A stretch of DNA of 64,000 bases from Eledone cirrhosa (GCA_964016885.1 OZ024745.1:108438001-108502000), one strand, 5' to 3'; counted from the stretch's first letter, positions 38,906 through 50,910 are shown. Notes: generated by a model from the sequence alone, not told the origin. Translations and numbers: made by a program.

Positions 38906-39123
38906 ACAAATGGCACAGTACATGGAAGAAATATATTAGTTTAATGCTTGAAATAGCAGGAAGAGAGTCTTAACTTTTCAGACACTAGTCTTTCATCAGA
39001 AAATAGAGTCAAAAATAGAAGATATATGGAAAGTAAAGAGTGATGAGAGGAAGGAATAGGAAAAATTAGAAAAGAATTAGGTAGAAAAAAAACACACGTG
39101 CATATTCAGTCGGCCATCTTGGA
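38906..39123 (-). mobile_element. Penelope-like repeat with minimal hammerhead core
   Basis: Minus strand CTGATGA-A-AGAC-TAGT-GTCT-GAAA at about 38976-38999; homologue of 7766-7971. Confidence 0.6.
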
Positions 39124-39569
39124 TATATATGTGTCTGTGTGTCTGTCTGTCTTTGTTTAAGTACCATTTGAAAAAAATGCGTATGATTGATTAAATCAAG
39201 ATGATGCCCCAGAATGGCCACAGTTTACTGAATCAAATAAGTAAAAGAATAGAACAAGGAAAACTATGAGACACTTGCTTATTTGTCAGTTATTTGATTC
39301 CATTTGTTATTTGTATGATTTGAAAAATAACCTCACTGTTTAAAGCTGATTGTTAATCTCCAAGATAAAGTTTATGACTTGCTTTATCGGTCTGTCTTAA
39401 ATTGTTATACCTAGGTGTCGCTGTATCTTATCAGTAGTCATCCACATAGTTTCAATGAGATTAATTTGCAAACACATTTCTTTAGCATTTGCAGTAATTA
39501 ATTAAATTTTGGAGGCAGCAATATCATCTGCATAACTTTCAGATAATATATCATATTATAATTATATTG

Positions 39570-39795
39570 TGAAGGCGTGTGGCTGAGTGGTTAGAGAATT
39601 GGATTCGCAATCGGGAGGTTGTGAGTTCAATTCCTGGACCGGGTGATGCGTTATGTCCTTGAGCAAGACACTTTATTTCACGTTGCTCCTTCTACCTGGA
39701 GTTGCGACCGATAGATAGTATTAGCAATTGGAAAGACCAACGGAAACATTGTTTCCTCGGTCCGATTTGACGAAAGTCGATCGTTCCTAATAAAA
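39570..39795 (+). mobile_element. tRNA-CORE SINE head with a third tail type
   Basis: TGGCTGAGTGGTTAGAG..GAGTTCAATTC..CCTTGAGCAAGACACTTTATTTCACGTTGCTCC, then unrelated sequence ending AATAAAAA. Confidence 0.75.
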
Positions 39796-39822
39796 ATATA
39801 ATTATATTAAATATTGTATTAA

Positions 39823-40060
39823 AAAGAGTAAAGACCCCCTTCGGTCACGAATGATCATGGGATTTGCACCTAGAAAGTTCCCTTCCAAGGCACAAGTCCA
39901 GGCAAGTTTGTGGAAGACCAGCTGTCGCCCATGCATACCTGTTTCCCCTCTCCATGTCACAAATATTGTCCCGGGAAAGGCAAATGTCGATACAGCTTGG
40001 CACCAGTGACATGACAACTCATTTCTACAGCTGAGTGAACAGAAGCAACATAAAATAAAA
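39823..40060 (-). mobile_element. 5'-truncated CORE SINE with a fourth tail type
   Basis: CORE remnant CTCATTTCTACAGCTGAGTGAAC joined to a distinct body ending ...GAAGGGGGTCTTTACTCTTT. Confidence 0.65.
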
Positions 40061-40084
40061 TATTCTATTATATACTAAATAGAA

Positions 40085-40438
40085 TGGTTTCTGATCTAGG
40101 CATAAAGCCAACAATTTTTTGGGAAAGGGACAGTCGATTAAATCAACCCCCACTGCATTACTGGGACTTTATTTTATTGACTTCGTAAGGATGAAAGGCA
40201 AAACTAACCTTGGCAGGATTTGAACTCAGAACATAAAGGGCCATAACTCTATCCTGCTAAGCATATTGTCTGACACTACTAATTCTGCCAATCCACCACC
40301 CTTAAATTATATATAATTGTTTCTACTATTGGCTCAAAGCCAGCAATTACCCAGTACATTACTGGTACTTTATTTTATCGACCCCGTAAGGATGAAAGGC
40401 AAAGTTAACCTCGGCAGGATTTGAACTCAGAATGGCAA
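40085..40438 (-). mobile_element. Two SINE A copies (older long variant + truncated young copy)
   Basis: The truncated copy has 13-bp TSD AATTATATATAAT (40305-40317, 40437-40449). Confidence 0.85.
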
Positions 40439-40469
40439 TTATATATAATGATAATGATATTATATTGTA

Positions 40470-40775
40470 ATCATAGGGTTACATGACTGGTTGGGCATCT
40501 CAGAAATGTGGGAGGCACTCCAGATAGAGCTACTACTTCACCACTTCGAGAGATCACAGCTCCAATACTACAGATATGTGGTCCGAATGAATATGGAAAG
40601 AATTTCTGGATAGATTTTACAGGCAAAGCCAACTGGCAGGAGACCCAAAGGTAGACCATGAACAAGATGATTGGGTAACATCTATGAACTTGGCTAGTTT
40701 TGCTTGGGTCCAACCAGATCAATTGGAGAGAGTTGCTTCTGATACGGCCCTTTGGAAGGTGAGTCTGAGGAATAA
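40470..40775 (+). mobile_element. RTE (Expander/Rex3-like) ORF2 C-terminal relic
   Basis: Reads ELLLHHFERSQLQYYRYVVRM...QAKPTGRRPKGRP*TR*. Confidence 0.7.
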
Positions 40776-41924
40776 ATGGGTGAAGAAGAAGGATTTTCAA
40801 ACCATATGCTCTCTTGTGTTATATTTGGCACAAATGTAATATACAAAAAAATAACGTCAACTGTTTCAACAAAGATTGTATAACATGATATATTAGAGCT
40901 TTAATATGACATATACTGATATATGTTGTAATAGAATATCACCATCATAATGATCATAATCCTCATCCTCATCAATATCTCTTTCCTCCTCTTTCTCATC
41001 ATCATCGTCGTCAACATTACCACCCCCACCATCCCCAGCACCACCACCGCCGCCACCACCGACCTCAGATTCATTAGTGAAATCCCTATTTTCTTAAGCA
41101 AGCAAGAGTAAGATGAGACTTACAACCCAAGCATATCTCCTTATGTAGTACCTTGATTCAGTGTCATCTCAATTACCAATGACAGTCTTCTCAAGGGTGT
41201 GACGCAGCAGTAATAAGTTTGGGTGGACGTGACCTGCCTTCCCCCACTCAACCCCCACTCCATCCTGTCGTCCCCCACCCAACTCAATCCTGCCACCATG
41301 TGCTGCATGAGGACAGGACAGACATAAAATATCTTTGTGTGACATTATTTAGTGTGGAATGGTGTAATCATAACAAAAGCAAAAGCAAAAGCAAAGAAAG
41401 AATCAGAGGTGTGGTGTTGTTGTTTTATGACTGTTGCTGTGGGCTTAATGCTATTTACATGGCATTTGTATCACCAATTGTTTTACTAACTTTTCCCCAC
41501 CCATGTTTATTACTTTTGCAAATGTGTTTGTATGTGATGTTTGAGTGATGGTGGCTGGGTGGATGGATGGATGAATGAAGGTAGCATCATTTGTTTTGTA
41601 AGGTTTGGGTGATAGAAGCTATTGAGATGGGGGAATGAAGAAGAGTGTTGCAGCGAGGAGGGCGTGCAGACGTCGTTTTTGTTTTTAGAACAATTCTTTA
41701 GATGCTGGAACCAGAATAGAATCAAACAAACTAAATTTCTTCATGATTATCTTAAAATAATATTTCTTTTTGTGTGAATGATAAATATATTTGAGTTAGA
41801 CAGCAGGGTATGATAAATATGATTCCAATAACAACACTGCCACCATGATCACCACCCAAAATCACAAATACCCTCCCCCATACCATTAACAATAATAATG
41901 ACAATAATAATAATTATTATTTTA

Positions 41925-42100
41925 ATAATGATTTCTACTATAGGTGCAAGGCCAGCAATTTTTGAGAGAGGGCAAAGTCGATTAAATCGACTGCAGTGCA
42001 TTACCTCGGCGGGATTCAAACTCAGAACGTAAAGTGCCATAACTCTATGCTGCAAAGCATGGTGTCTGATGCACTACTAATACTGCCAATCTACAACCCT
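41925..42100 (-). mobile_element. SINE family A (older, internally deleted)
   Basis: Reverse-complement match to head and tail. Confidence 0.75.
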
Positions 42101-42144
42101 TCTTATTTTAATAACATTCATTCATAACTGTATTTGTATTTAGT

Positions 42145-42490
42145 AGGCACATGGCTTAGTGGTTAGAGCATTGGCCTTGCAATCGAAAGGTTGTGAGTTC
42201 AATTCTCACACCGGGTGATGTGTTGTTTCCTTGAGCAAGACACTTTATTTCACATTGCTCCAGTTTACTCAGCTGTAGAAATGAGATGATAGGGACTGGG
42301 GTCTATATCATTCCACTGCAAAGTGGTTGTGGAGGTGCCATGGCAAAAAAGCACCCAGCACTCACTGTAAATGAGGTTGGTGTTAGGAAGGGCATCCAGC
42401 TGTAGAAATCAAGCCAGCATCAGTTCCTGTCCCACCCTTGCAAGCAAGGAAAAAGCGGACGTAATGAAATGAAATGATGATGAATGATGA
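42145..42490 (+). mobile_element. SINE family B
   Basis: Full length, one VNTR unit. Confidence 0.9.
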
Positions 42491-42791
42491 AACCCCTAGA
42501 GCCAAATTGCTAATACGCATAATCAACCTCCCTACATTCCTCCAATTTCTGTGTGTATACACACATACACACACGCATACATATATATATATGTGCGTGT
42601 GTATGTCTAACCCATGCTTGCATGGATGATGGACGTTAAACGATGATTATGATGATGATATATGTATATAATTATATATATTGGTTGTATCTTGATTTCA
42701 AGAATTGTTATTCTTTGACCTATTTCTGGTACATGGTTGACATGGACATGACCTTTTAGTCCTGCTATGGACTTGGATCCCTTTCTACATA

Positions 42792-43170
42792 TGGAGGCAC
42801 ATGGCTTAGTGGTTAGAGAATTGGCCTTGCAATCGAAAGGTTGTGAGTTCAATTCTCAGACCGGGTGATGTGTTGTTTCCTTGAGCAAGACACTTTATTT
42901 CACATTGCTCCAGCTGTAGAAATGAGATGATAGGACTGGGGTCCCTATCATTTCACTGCAAAGTGGTCGTGGAGGTGCCACGGCAAAAGAAAAAAGCACC
43001 CAGCTCACACTGTAAAGTGGTCGAGGAGGTGCCATAGAAAAAAAGCATCCAGCACTCACTGTAAATGAGGTTGATGTTAGGAAGGGCATCCAGCTGTAGA
43101 AATCAAACCAGAATCAGTTCCCGTCCCACCCTTGCTAGCAGGGAAAAGCAAACGTAAAATGAAATGAATG
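42792..43170 (+). mobile_element. SINE family B
   Basis: Full length, two VNTR units. Confidence 0.9.
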
Positions 43171-43539
43171 ATATGCTGCAGTAAAAGAGAAAAAAAAAGC
43201 CATGCTCACACAACACATGAAAGTTATTTAGATCAAGTGATAGCTGTGCTTGAAGCTTTCTTAAGTGAAGAAAGGTCTTGCACTGGACCAATCCCACTCA
43301 ACGGTGACAGGTATCCAGAAAGAAGAACAGGTCAACATCATTGGCTGCCATTGAGTCATAGGTTTTACATCAGTGTTTCCCTTCTTCTAGAATGACGTCT
43401 GGACAAGAACTAGGAATCTCTCACTCTCAGTGGGCTAAATGTGTGCTCGGGCACCAAACCGAGTATTTCCATGTCCCCGTGCATTGGGCCCACTTAGCTT
43501 TGCAGAATATGCTGTACTTAGAAGGTTTAATTCTTTAGT

Positions 43540-43722
43540 ATTTAGATTTGCTGGCCACTGTTGGCGCAGCAAGGAAGAAATAGCAGGTGATGTGTTGTTA
43601 TGGAGTCCATCTCATGGAGCAAGAAACGCTGGTCATCCCAAGAAGACATATGTCAAGCAACTTGAGGACGATACTGGATGCACTGTGGAAGAACTGGCAA
43701 ATGCTATGAGAGACAGAGATGG
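43540..43722 (+). mobile_element. RTE-like LINE ORF2 C-terminal relic (another family)
   Basis: RFAGHCWRSKEEIAGDVLLWSPSHGARNAGHPKKTYVKQLEDDTG..EELANAMRDRD; abuts a half piggyBac-type MITE ending 43768. Confidence 0.7.
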
Positions 43723-44169
43723 AAAATACAATAGTAAATATAGAGTAATGTAAATGGTAAAGGGTTAAAACAATGTTGCTGCTATTTCTGTGCTTTACTT
43801 GGTGGTGAATTTGAAAACCAGTCAAAGTTATTCTTTATGATTTCTATACATAAGAAGGTCCCTAGATCTGATTCCTTACAATACAGACTTATTTTATTAC
43901 TCAACATCAACAAAGTACTGTAATCAGTAATCCACAAACAACTGTAAAACAATCTGTTAAACAACCAACTCATCTCTAAGACACAATTCAAATCTTAACC
44001 AAAACATTACATAGCAGATGTTCTGATTATCTTCTCCCAGACATAGACAAGGAGGTTTGAGATGTAACTTTAGCATCAAAGGAGATTTTAGCACAATGAA
44101 TCCTACACAAGAGAATACATGAAAAGCCAAGGGTGGCAGGAGAGCCAGCCATCTATCTATCTATATATA

Positions 44170-44350
44170 CCAGTTCCACACTGTAAATGTGGTTGGTGTT
44201 AGGAAGGGCATCCAGCCGTAGAAAACCTGCCAGATAGTTCGATATGAGCGAGACACGGTTACCCAACCAACCTTGCCTCAAGTGGGACAACTCCCGTCTA
44301 ACCCATGCTAGTGTGGAAGATGGACGTTAAACGAAGATGATGATGATGAT
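44170..44350 (+). mobile_element. RTE 3' UTR copy
   Basis: GGTTGGTGTTAGGAAGGGCATCCAG module + AACCCATGCTAG..GGACGTTAAACGA(TGA)n. Confidence 0.8.
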
Positions 44351-44474
44351 ATATATATATATGGAGAGAGAGAGAGAGTGTGTGTGTGTGTGTGAGAGTG
44401 AGAATGAGTGTGAGAGAGAGAGAGAGTGAGAGAGAGAAATAATGGTGATGATAAAATTAGTAGTAGTAGTAATA

Positions 44475-44695
44475 ACTGGGAATTAAAAAGGATTTGGGAC
44501 TGTTATCATAGGAGGGCTAGGTACTGTCTCGAAGAGTTTTCAAGGACGGTTAAAGGACATTAGTCCAGCGCCCTGTTTTAGAACACTTCAAAAGCATGCT
44601 TGCTGGGAACATCAAGAAGCCTCCGATACCTCCTGAATATCTGAGGCTTGATATTCATTTGGACAGACTTTCCTGTTAAATAACATCAATAACTG

Positions 44696-44747
<52 letters not shown>
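44475..44747 (+). mobile_element. R4/Dong-like (RLE-type) non-LTR 3' end with (TAA)n tail
   Basis: WELKRIW / VIIGGLGTVSKSFQGRLKDI...TLQK / LLGTSRSLRYLLNI*, the typical post-RLE C-terminus; short UTR, then (TAA)n. Confidence 0.75.
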
Positions 44748-44748
<1 letters not shown>

Positions 44749-44944
44749 TTTTCTTTATTAACCACAAGGGTTTACATAAAGTAGACATTAAGGACAGTAC
44801 AGGACAATACAGGACGGTACAAATGGGCATTTCTGCTTGTAAAAAAAACAGAGGATGTAATAAAATAACAAAGAAAAATTCCCCAATAGGGAGGAGACTT
44901 CCGAGGGACATTTGTGGAGAAAGCCCATTAATAATAATAATAAT

Positions 44945-45131
44945 AATTGTTTCTACTTTTGGCACAAGGCCAGCAAATACCCAGTGCATTACTGGTACTT
45001 TATTTTATCAACCCCATAAGGATGAAAGGCAAAGTTAACCTTGGCGGAATTTGAACTCAGAATGTCAAGGGCCGAAACTCTATGCGTCAAAGCATGGCGT
45101 CCGACCCTCTACCGATACTGTCAATCTACCG
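44945..45131 (-). mobile_element. SINE family A
   Basis: Tail merges into (TAA)n. Confidence 0.9.
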
Positions 45132-45756
45132 AATAATAACAACAACAACAACAACTGTAAGGAAAGGAAGCAGGAATGCCCTAATGGTTACGTCTTGCCT
45201 CTATCCATGAAAGCAAACAAATAAAGCAGCAATAAAATTTGTTTAAAATAGACATTAATGTACAACCCATTCTACCTTGTTTTTCTACAAAAACAAAGAC
45301 ACAGAGATTCAAGAGAAACAATTGGAAAAGAAGAGAAACTAATTTTCTTATGGAAGAAGTATTTATTGTTTTTATTATTGCTGTAGTTTATGTAATAGTA
45401 GTAAGAATTGTTGTTCTTCATTCAACACAACTTACATCTTTCTTATGTGTTATTTAATCCACCCTTTCTCTTTCTCTATTTGTTTCAAAATTTTCTATTC
45501 TTCTCCAGTTAAAAACTATAAGGGAGTATGTCTCAGGTGGCAGCTGTTTCTAACTTTTTTCTTTCTAGAAAATTCTTCAAATTATTGTCTTTATCTTTAA
45601 AACACCTGATTTATTTTACTGCATTGCAGCTTACTATAACTATTCATTTTTTTTTCTTTTAGAATTGCAGATTACCAATTCCCTGAACAATAGTTTCATT
45701 TAATACCATATTTAAGCATACATGTATGTACATTCACTCAGATGTATATATATATA

Positions 45757-46235
45757 TCATCATCATCATCGTCACCATTTTGCATCCATTCTTCCACACT
45801 AGCATGGGTTAGACGGGTTGTCCTGTTGTGGGTAATGCCAGGTCAGGTGACCATGTCTTGCTCATACAGAACTGATTTTGGCTTGATTTCTACAGCTAGA
45901 TGCCCTTCTTAACATCACTCTTATTTACAGTGAGTACTGGGTGCTTTTTTTTACTGTGGCGCCCACACGACCACTTTACAGTGTGAACTGGGTGATTTTT
46001 TGTCATGACATCTCCACGACCACTTTACAGTGGGAGGCGGTGGGAGCATATTTTCTATATGCTTTAGCATCGGCTTGTACTTGTGGGAAGTCGGGTCTTC
46101 TGTATAACTGCGTAACGCCAGAGGTCTCAGTCCTGTGTCATCGCCTTTCAGAGGTGCAATTAGGCAAGGTCAGCTTTTACCACCACATCCCAGATCATCT
46201 TAGATCTCCCCACTCCAAGGCTTCCATCGACGTTT
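45757..46235 (-). mobile_element. 5'-truncated RTE family 1 (last ORF codons + 3' UTR)
   Basis: Collinear with 31484-31880. Confidence 0.85.
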
Positions 46236-46254
46236 AGTATATATATATATATAT

Positions 46255-46288
<34 letters not shown>

Positions 46289-46290
<2 letters not shown>

Positions 46291-46376
46291 GGTTCCCCCC
46301 AAAAAGTACACATCATTCTAATAAATATTGCCTGTAAAGATAATCAAATTGCGTATACATTTTTTGGGACACCCTA
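46289..46376. mobile_element. Tc1/mariner-type MITE of about 90-100 bp
   Basis: AGGGT..CCCAAAAA ... TTTTTGGGACACCCT termini; homologue at 60091-60189. Confidence 0.65.
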
Positions 46377-46643
46377 CATATTTATATTTTTTAATAAACA
46401 ATGAAACTATATAATGTATATATATGTTTGTTTCATGAAAAATAAATGGATATCACACATAATATTTTCAGTTAAAAATTTCAGTTTAAGTGTTACTTAA
46501 ACAAGTTAAAACTGTGTTCATATTCAAAATCATATTACTAAAAATTAACTATGTTTAATATAAAGCAGCCTGTAGGGTTCCATATAATTCTATCTCAGCC
46601 ATACTTCAGAAACTTTCATTAGAGAAACATAGTTCTAACAGGT

Positions 46644-46850
46644 TTAACCCTTTAGCATTTACATTACTCTATATTTACTATTATATTTTCATGGTAAATG
46701 CTTTATCTCACATAATATCAAATCTATGAGATTTTTTATATTATTTATGTTGAGAACAATACCTTAACATCAGTATAAGTAGCTGGTTGCAGCCAGCTTG
46801 AACAGAAAGAGGTGCGAGAATTCTGGCCGGTTTAAATGCTAAAGAATTAA
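46644..46850. mobile_element. piggyBac-type MITE
   Basis: TTAA flanks and TIRs. Confidence 0.85.
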
Positions 46851-47635
46851 GTATTCATTTCAGTTTGAAAATGTGTCTTTAACTTGAAATATATATAATG
46901 TGAATGCCATTTATTTTATGTTAAAAAAATCTGCACTTATTGGTTACTTTGTTTATTCAATTTTAAACCTTGCTATGATTCATATAATTCTTTTCACTAC
47001 GAATTGAATAACACACTCGCATATTCTTTTATTTAAAGACAAGGATTCCTTCCATTGCTACATTTCGTTTTGAGTTGTCAGTTCTCTTTGCAACATTAAT
47101 ATGTAATGCTAGTGATATACAATAATAAAAACATACTGCAGAATTTGAAGGTAGCCTTAGCTTCGAACTGATGAATAAACTCTCTTACATGCATGGAGTA
47201 CTTTTTTTCTGTTCATATAATCTAACATACACATACATATATGTTTTATTAAAATTGTGAGACCAATAAAATGTGTTTTGTTTCATTCAAACAACATGTC
47301 TGACTCTTAGCTATTTGCAGAGTAAAATGTCTTAATACTAATATCATTTTATTGAACTCATACTTTTAAGAACATATTCACATACAGTAGTTATATGCTG
47401 ACTATCTTATTCTTAATAATTAACTATGTTGCCTTGAATAGCTAAACTCAATATGTGTGTATATTCTTTTACTCTTATACCTGTTCCAGTTATCTGGTGA
47501 GGCCATGCTGGGGCACCGCATATATATATATTATTCAATTCAACCAGACAAAACCAAGTCTGGCAGTCTGACTCTGGTTGATTGAATTAAATCACTTATA
47601 CTTTATGTGTTTATCATCATCATCATCATCACCAT

Positions 47636-47854
47636 TTAACCCTTTAGCATTTAAACCTGCTGTATCCGGCTAGAATTCTCTCACCTCTTTCTGTTCAAAC
47701 CGGCCATAACTGGCTGCTCATACTTATGTTAAGGTATTGTTCTCAAAATAAATAATATCAACATTTTGTATATTCGATATTATGTGAGATAATTATGTGT
47801 TTATCATGAAAATACAATAGTATATATAGAGTAATGTAAATACTAGAGGGTTAA
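47636..47854. mobile_element. piggyBac-type MITE inserted in an RTE tail
   Basis: (CAT)nCACCAT-TTAA[MITE]TTAA-TGTCCATTTTC. Confidence 0.85.
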
Positions 47855-48023
47855 TGTCCATTTTCAATTTGTCATGTTATTTAACATATGTTACTTACTC
47901 TAAGGTGTAGCCTATTGATTTATCGATACATTCTTGAGTGCTTCATGCAAACCCGAATTGTTACTTCGTGGGTTTGGCCGACTGCCATAACTTCGATTTT
48001 ACTAACCTTCCACTTGTATATAT

Positions 48024-48054
<31 letters not shown>

Positions 48055-48087
48055 TGATTAACATCTATCTTCCACGCTAGCATTGGT

Positions 48088-48118
<31 letters not shown>

Positions 48119-48189
48119 TAAAATATTTATTAAAATATTATCGAGCCCTCTTTGGATTTTAGTCTTCACATTTATTATTATTACTATAT

Positions 48190-48550
48190 ATCATCATCAT
48201 TTCATCATTTCATTTTACGTCCACTTTTTCCCTGCTTGCAAGGGTGGGACGGGAACTGATTCTGGCTTGATTTCTACAGATGGATGCCCTTCCTAACACC
48301 AACCTCATTTACAGTGAGTGCTGGGTGCTTTTTTGTCGTGGCATCTCCACAACCACTTTGCAGTGGTATGATATGGACCACAGACCCTATCATCTCATTT
48401 CTACAGCTGAGTAAACTGGAGCAATGTGAAATAAAGTGTCTTGCTCAATGAAACAACACACCACCCAGTCTGAGAATTGAACTCACAACCTTTCGATTGC
48501 AAGGCTAATGCTCTAACCACTAAGCCATGTGCCACTAAGCCATGTGCCTC
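48190..48550 (-). mobile_element. SINE family B
   Basis: Full length; short tandem duplication at the 5' end (CCACTAAGCCATGTGC x2). Confidence 0.9.
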
Positions 48551-48726
48551 CTATATATATATATATTACAATAACAGAAGTCTGATGAGCTTTTGATTCC
48601 AGAGCCAGGCTCAATTGATACAGATCGAACCATGAGCTGAACAATCACGAAACACACGCCACACCTCAATAAATGTAATGAAAATTTAACACCTCGTCTA
48701 TATTGTTATTATTATATATATATATA

Positions 48727-48912
48727 CGGTGGATTGGCAGTATCAGTAGAGGGTCGGACGCCATGCTTTGCAACACAGTTACGTCCCTTTACGATCTGAG
48801 TTCAAATCTCGCCGAGGTTGACTTTGCCTTTCATCCTTATGGGGTCGATAAAATAAAGTACCAGTAATGCACTAGTTAATTGCTGGCCTTGTGCCTAAAG
48901 TAGAAGCAATTA
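48727..48912 (+). mobile_element. SINE family A
   Basis: Consensus match; ATTATATATATA flanks. Confidence 0.9.
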
Positions 48913-48924
48913 TATATATACATA

Positions 48925-49283
48925 TGGAGGCACATGGCTTAGTAGTTAGAGCATTGACCTTGCAATCGAAAGGTTGTGAGTTCAATTCTCAGACCAGGTG
49001 ATGTGTTGTTTCCTTGATGCGTTGTTTCCTTGAGCAAGACACTTTATTTCACATTGCTCCAGTTTACTCAGCTGTAGAAATGAGATGATAGGGACTGGGG
49101 TCCCTATCATTCCACTGCAAAGTGGTCGTGGAGGTGCCACGGGAAAAAAAGCACCCAGCACTCACTGTAAATGAGGTTGGTGTTAGGAAGGGCATCCAGC
49201 TGTAGAAATCAAGCCAGAATCAGTTCCCATCCCACTCTTGCAAGCAGGGAAAAGTGGACGTAAAATGATGATGATGATGATGA
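48925..49283 (+). mobile_element. SINE family B
   Basis: Full length; inverted relative to 48190-48550. Confidence 0.9.
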
Positions 49284-49359
49284 TATAACCAATGCCTCAT
49301 GAGGTCTGTGCATGCATTGTATAGAGATACAACCAGCAAACTAGTGTGATTAATTTGCA

Positions 49360-49830
49360 GGTAGGAGTCCATTAACGCTTAGTCCTCAGCACATTTCTAT
49401 TTACCATTGTTCATTAGGCTATTATGGAAGAGTTTAAAACTGGCACTCCATAGGAATTCCTGTGTGCTAATGATCTAATCCTTAAAGCTGAATTTGTAGA
49501 AGAGTTATTGGCAAAATTCCAGGCATGGAAGAAAAACCTGGAATCCCAAAACGTAAAATTTAACTTAGCAAAGATTAAAGTTGTAATGAGTAGAAATAAG
49601 GACAGGTAGCTGTTACCATCAGAAAAGTGGCTATGCTTTATGCGTTGAAAATGGGTGGAAGAAATCCTATAAGCTGCACAAAGTCTAATTTCTGAATGCA
49701 CCAAATTTGTAGTGGGATTGCAAGCAGAAAATGCATTTGTATGCAGCAGATGCACAGAAGAAATAAACACTAAGAGTGCATGTGTTCCATCAGTTGCCAG
49801 GGAGGCTCCTTAGAAATTGTTGACAGCTTT
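49360..49830 (+). mobile_element. Old RTE RT fragment including a decayed PHD-like insert
   Basis: GVH*RLVLSTFLFTIV..MEEFKTGTP*EFLCANDL..KFQAWKKNLE..KIKV..EKWLC..FVCSRC. Confidence 0.75.
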
Positions 49831-49979
49831 AAGATTTTAAAGTATGACTTGAGGCAGATTTGACTGTTGTTTCTTGAAAGGTCAATATGCATGTAGAGGT
49901 TTCCTGTAATTGGTTTATATCATTGACTTTTCCCTTCTCACTAATGCCTTGTATGACTGTATTATTATTGTTATTGTTA

Positions 49980-50533
49980 AGGATGGTGGATTGGCAGTAT
50001 TGATAGAGGGTTAGACGCCATGCTTTGCAACACAGAGTTACGGCCCTTTACAGTCTGAGTCCAAATTCCACCGAGGTTAACTTTCCCTTTTTTTTTTACT
50101 TTCGGGGTCAATAAAATAAAGTATTTCAATTCAATTCAATTCAATATATTTGGCAGAAAATAAAACAGATGCTTCAGATGCCATGTAAGGAGGGGAGAGG
50201 GGCAAAATTTACACAGTCGGAAACACAGTGGTCCAACACCGGTCCAGTTTCACCTTGAATTGTTGCGTGGTTGGCACGGTGACTACTTCTTCTGGAAGTC
50301 GATTCCAGGGTCCAGAGAATGTGGATCGAGAAAGCAGCTTTCCATCTATTTAGGCGAAAGCAGCGGTGAAACGGCTTTTTGTCATGTCCACGTAGACCCC
50401 TTTCAAGTGCCGGAGTGAATAGGAGATCTTGAGGGAGATTGTAATGGCCATTGAAGAGATTGTAAGCCAAAATGAGATCGCCTCATAGCACTGAGATAAT
50501 TGCTGGCCTTGTTCCAAAAGTAGAAACAATTAT
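49980..50533 (+). mobile_element. SINE family A split by a CR1 fragment
   Basis: SINE stops at AATAAAGTA (50123) and resumes at GCACTGAGATAATTGC (50488). Confidence 0.85.
50124..50487 (-). mobile_element. CR1-clade LINE 3' end with (ATTGA)n tail
   Basis: GDLILAYNLFNG..RGLRGHDKK..FRLNRWKAAFS / WNRLPEEVV.VPT.QQFK..LD; tail ATTGAATTGAATTGAATTGA. Confidence 0.85.
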
Positions 50534-50731
50534 TATTATTGTTAAGAGTGTCGGACAACATGCTTTAAGGCATAGAGTTACATCCCTTTGCAATCTGATT
50601 TCAAATCCTGCCGAGGTTAGCTTTGCCTTTCATCCTAATGGAGTTGATAAAATAAAATACCAGTAATGCACTGGGGCCTATTTAGTCAACTGTCCCCTCC
50701 CCAAAAAATTGTTGGCCTAGTGCCTAAATCA

Positions 50732-50789
<58 letters not shown>

Positions 50790-50881
50790 TATCACCACAA
50801 TTTGTTTACATTGATATTAGTTCTATAATCTTAATACTTTAATTGGTTCACTGATTCAGACAACATTTTTATGGACTCTAA

Positions 50882-50910
50882 CCATCATCATCATCACCAC
50901 CACCATCATT

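Noticed and set aside
41177-41186. CCAATGACAG shared with 3581-3590 as a TALE/NF-Y regulatory motif
   Set aside because: A 10-mer seen twice in 64 kb is not significant without conservation data
42792-42865. SINE heads as tRNA genes
   Set aside because: A/B boxes are present but there is no acceptor stem, and they continue into CORE/body sequence in many copies
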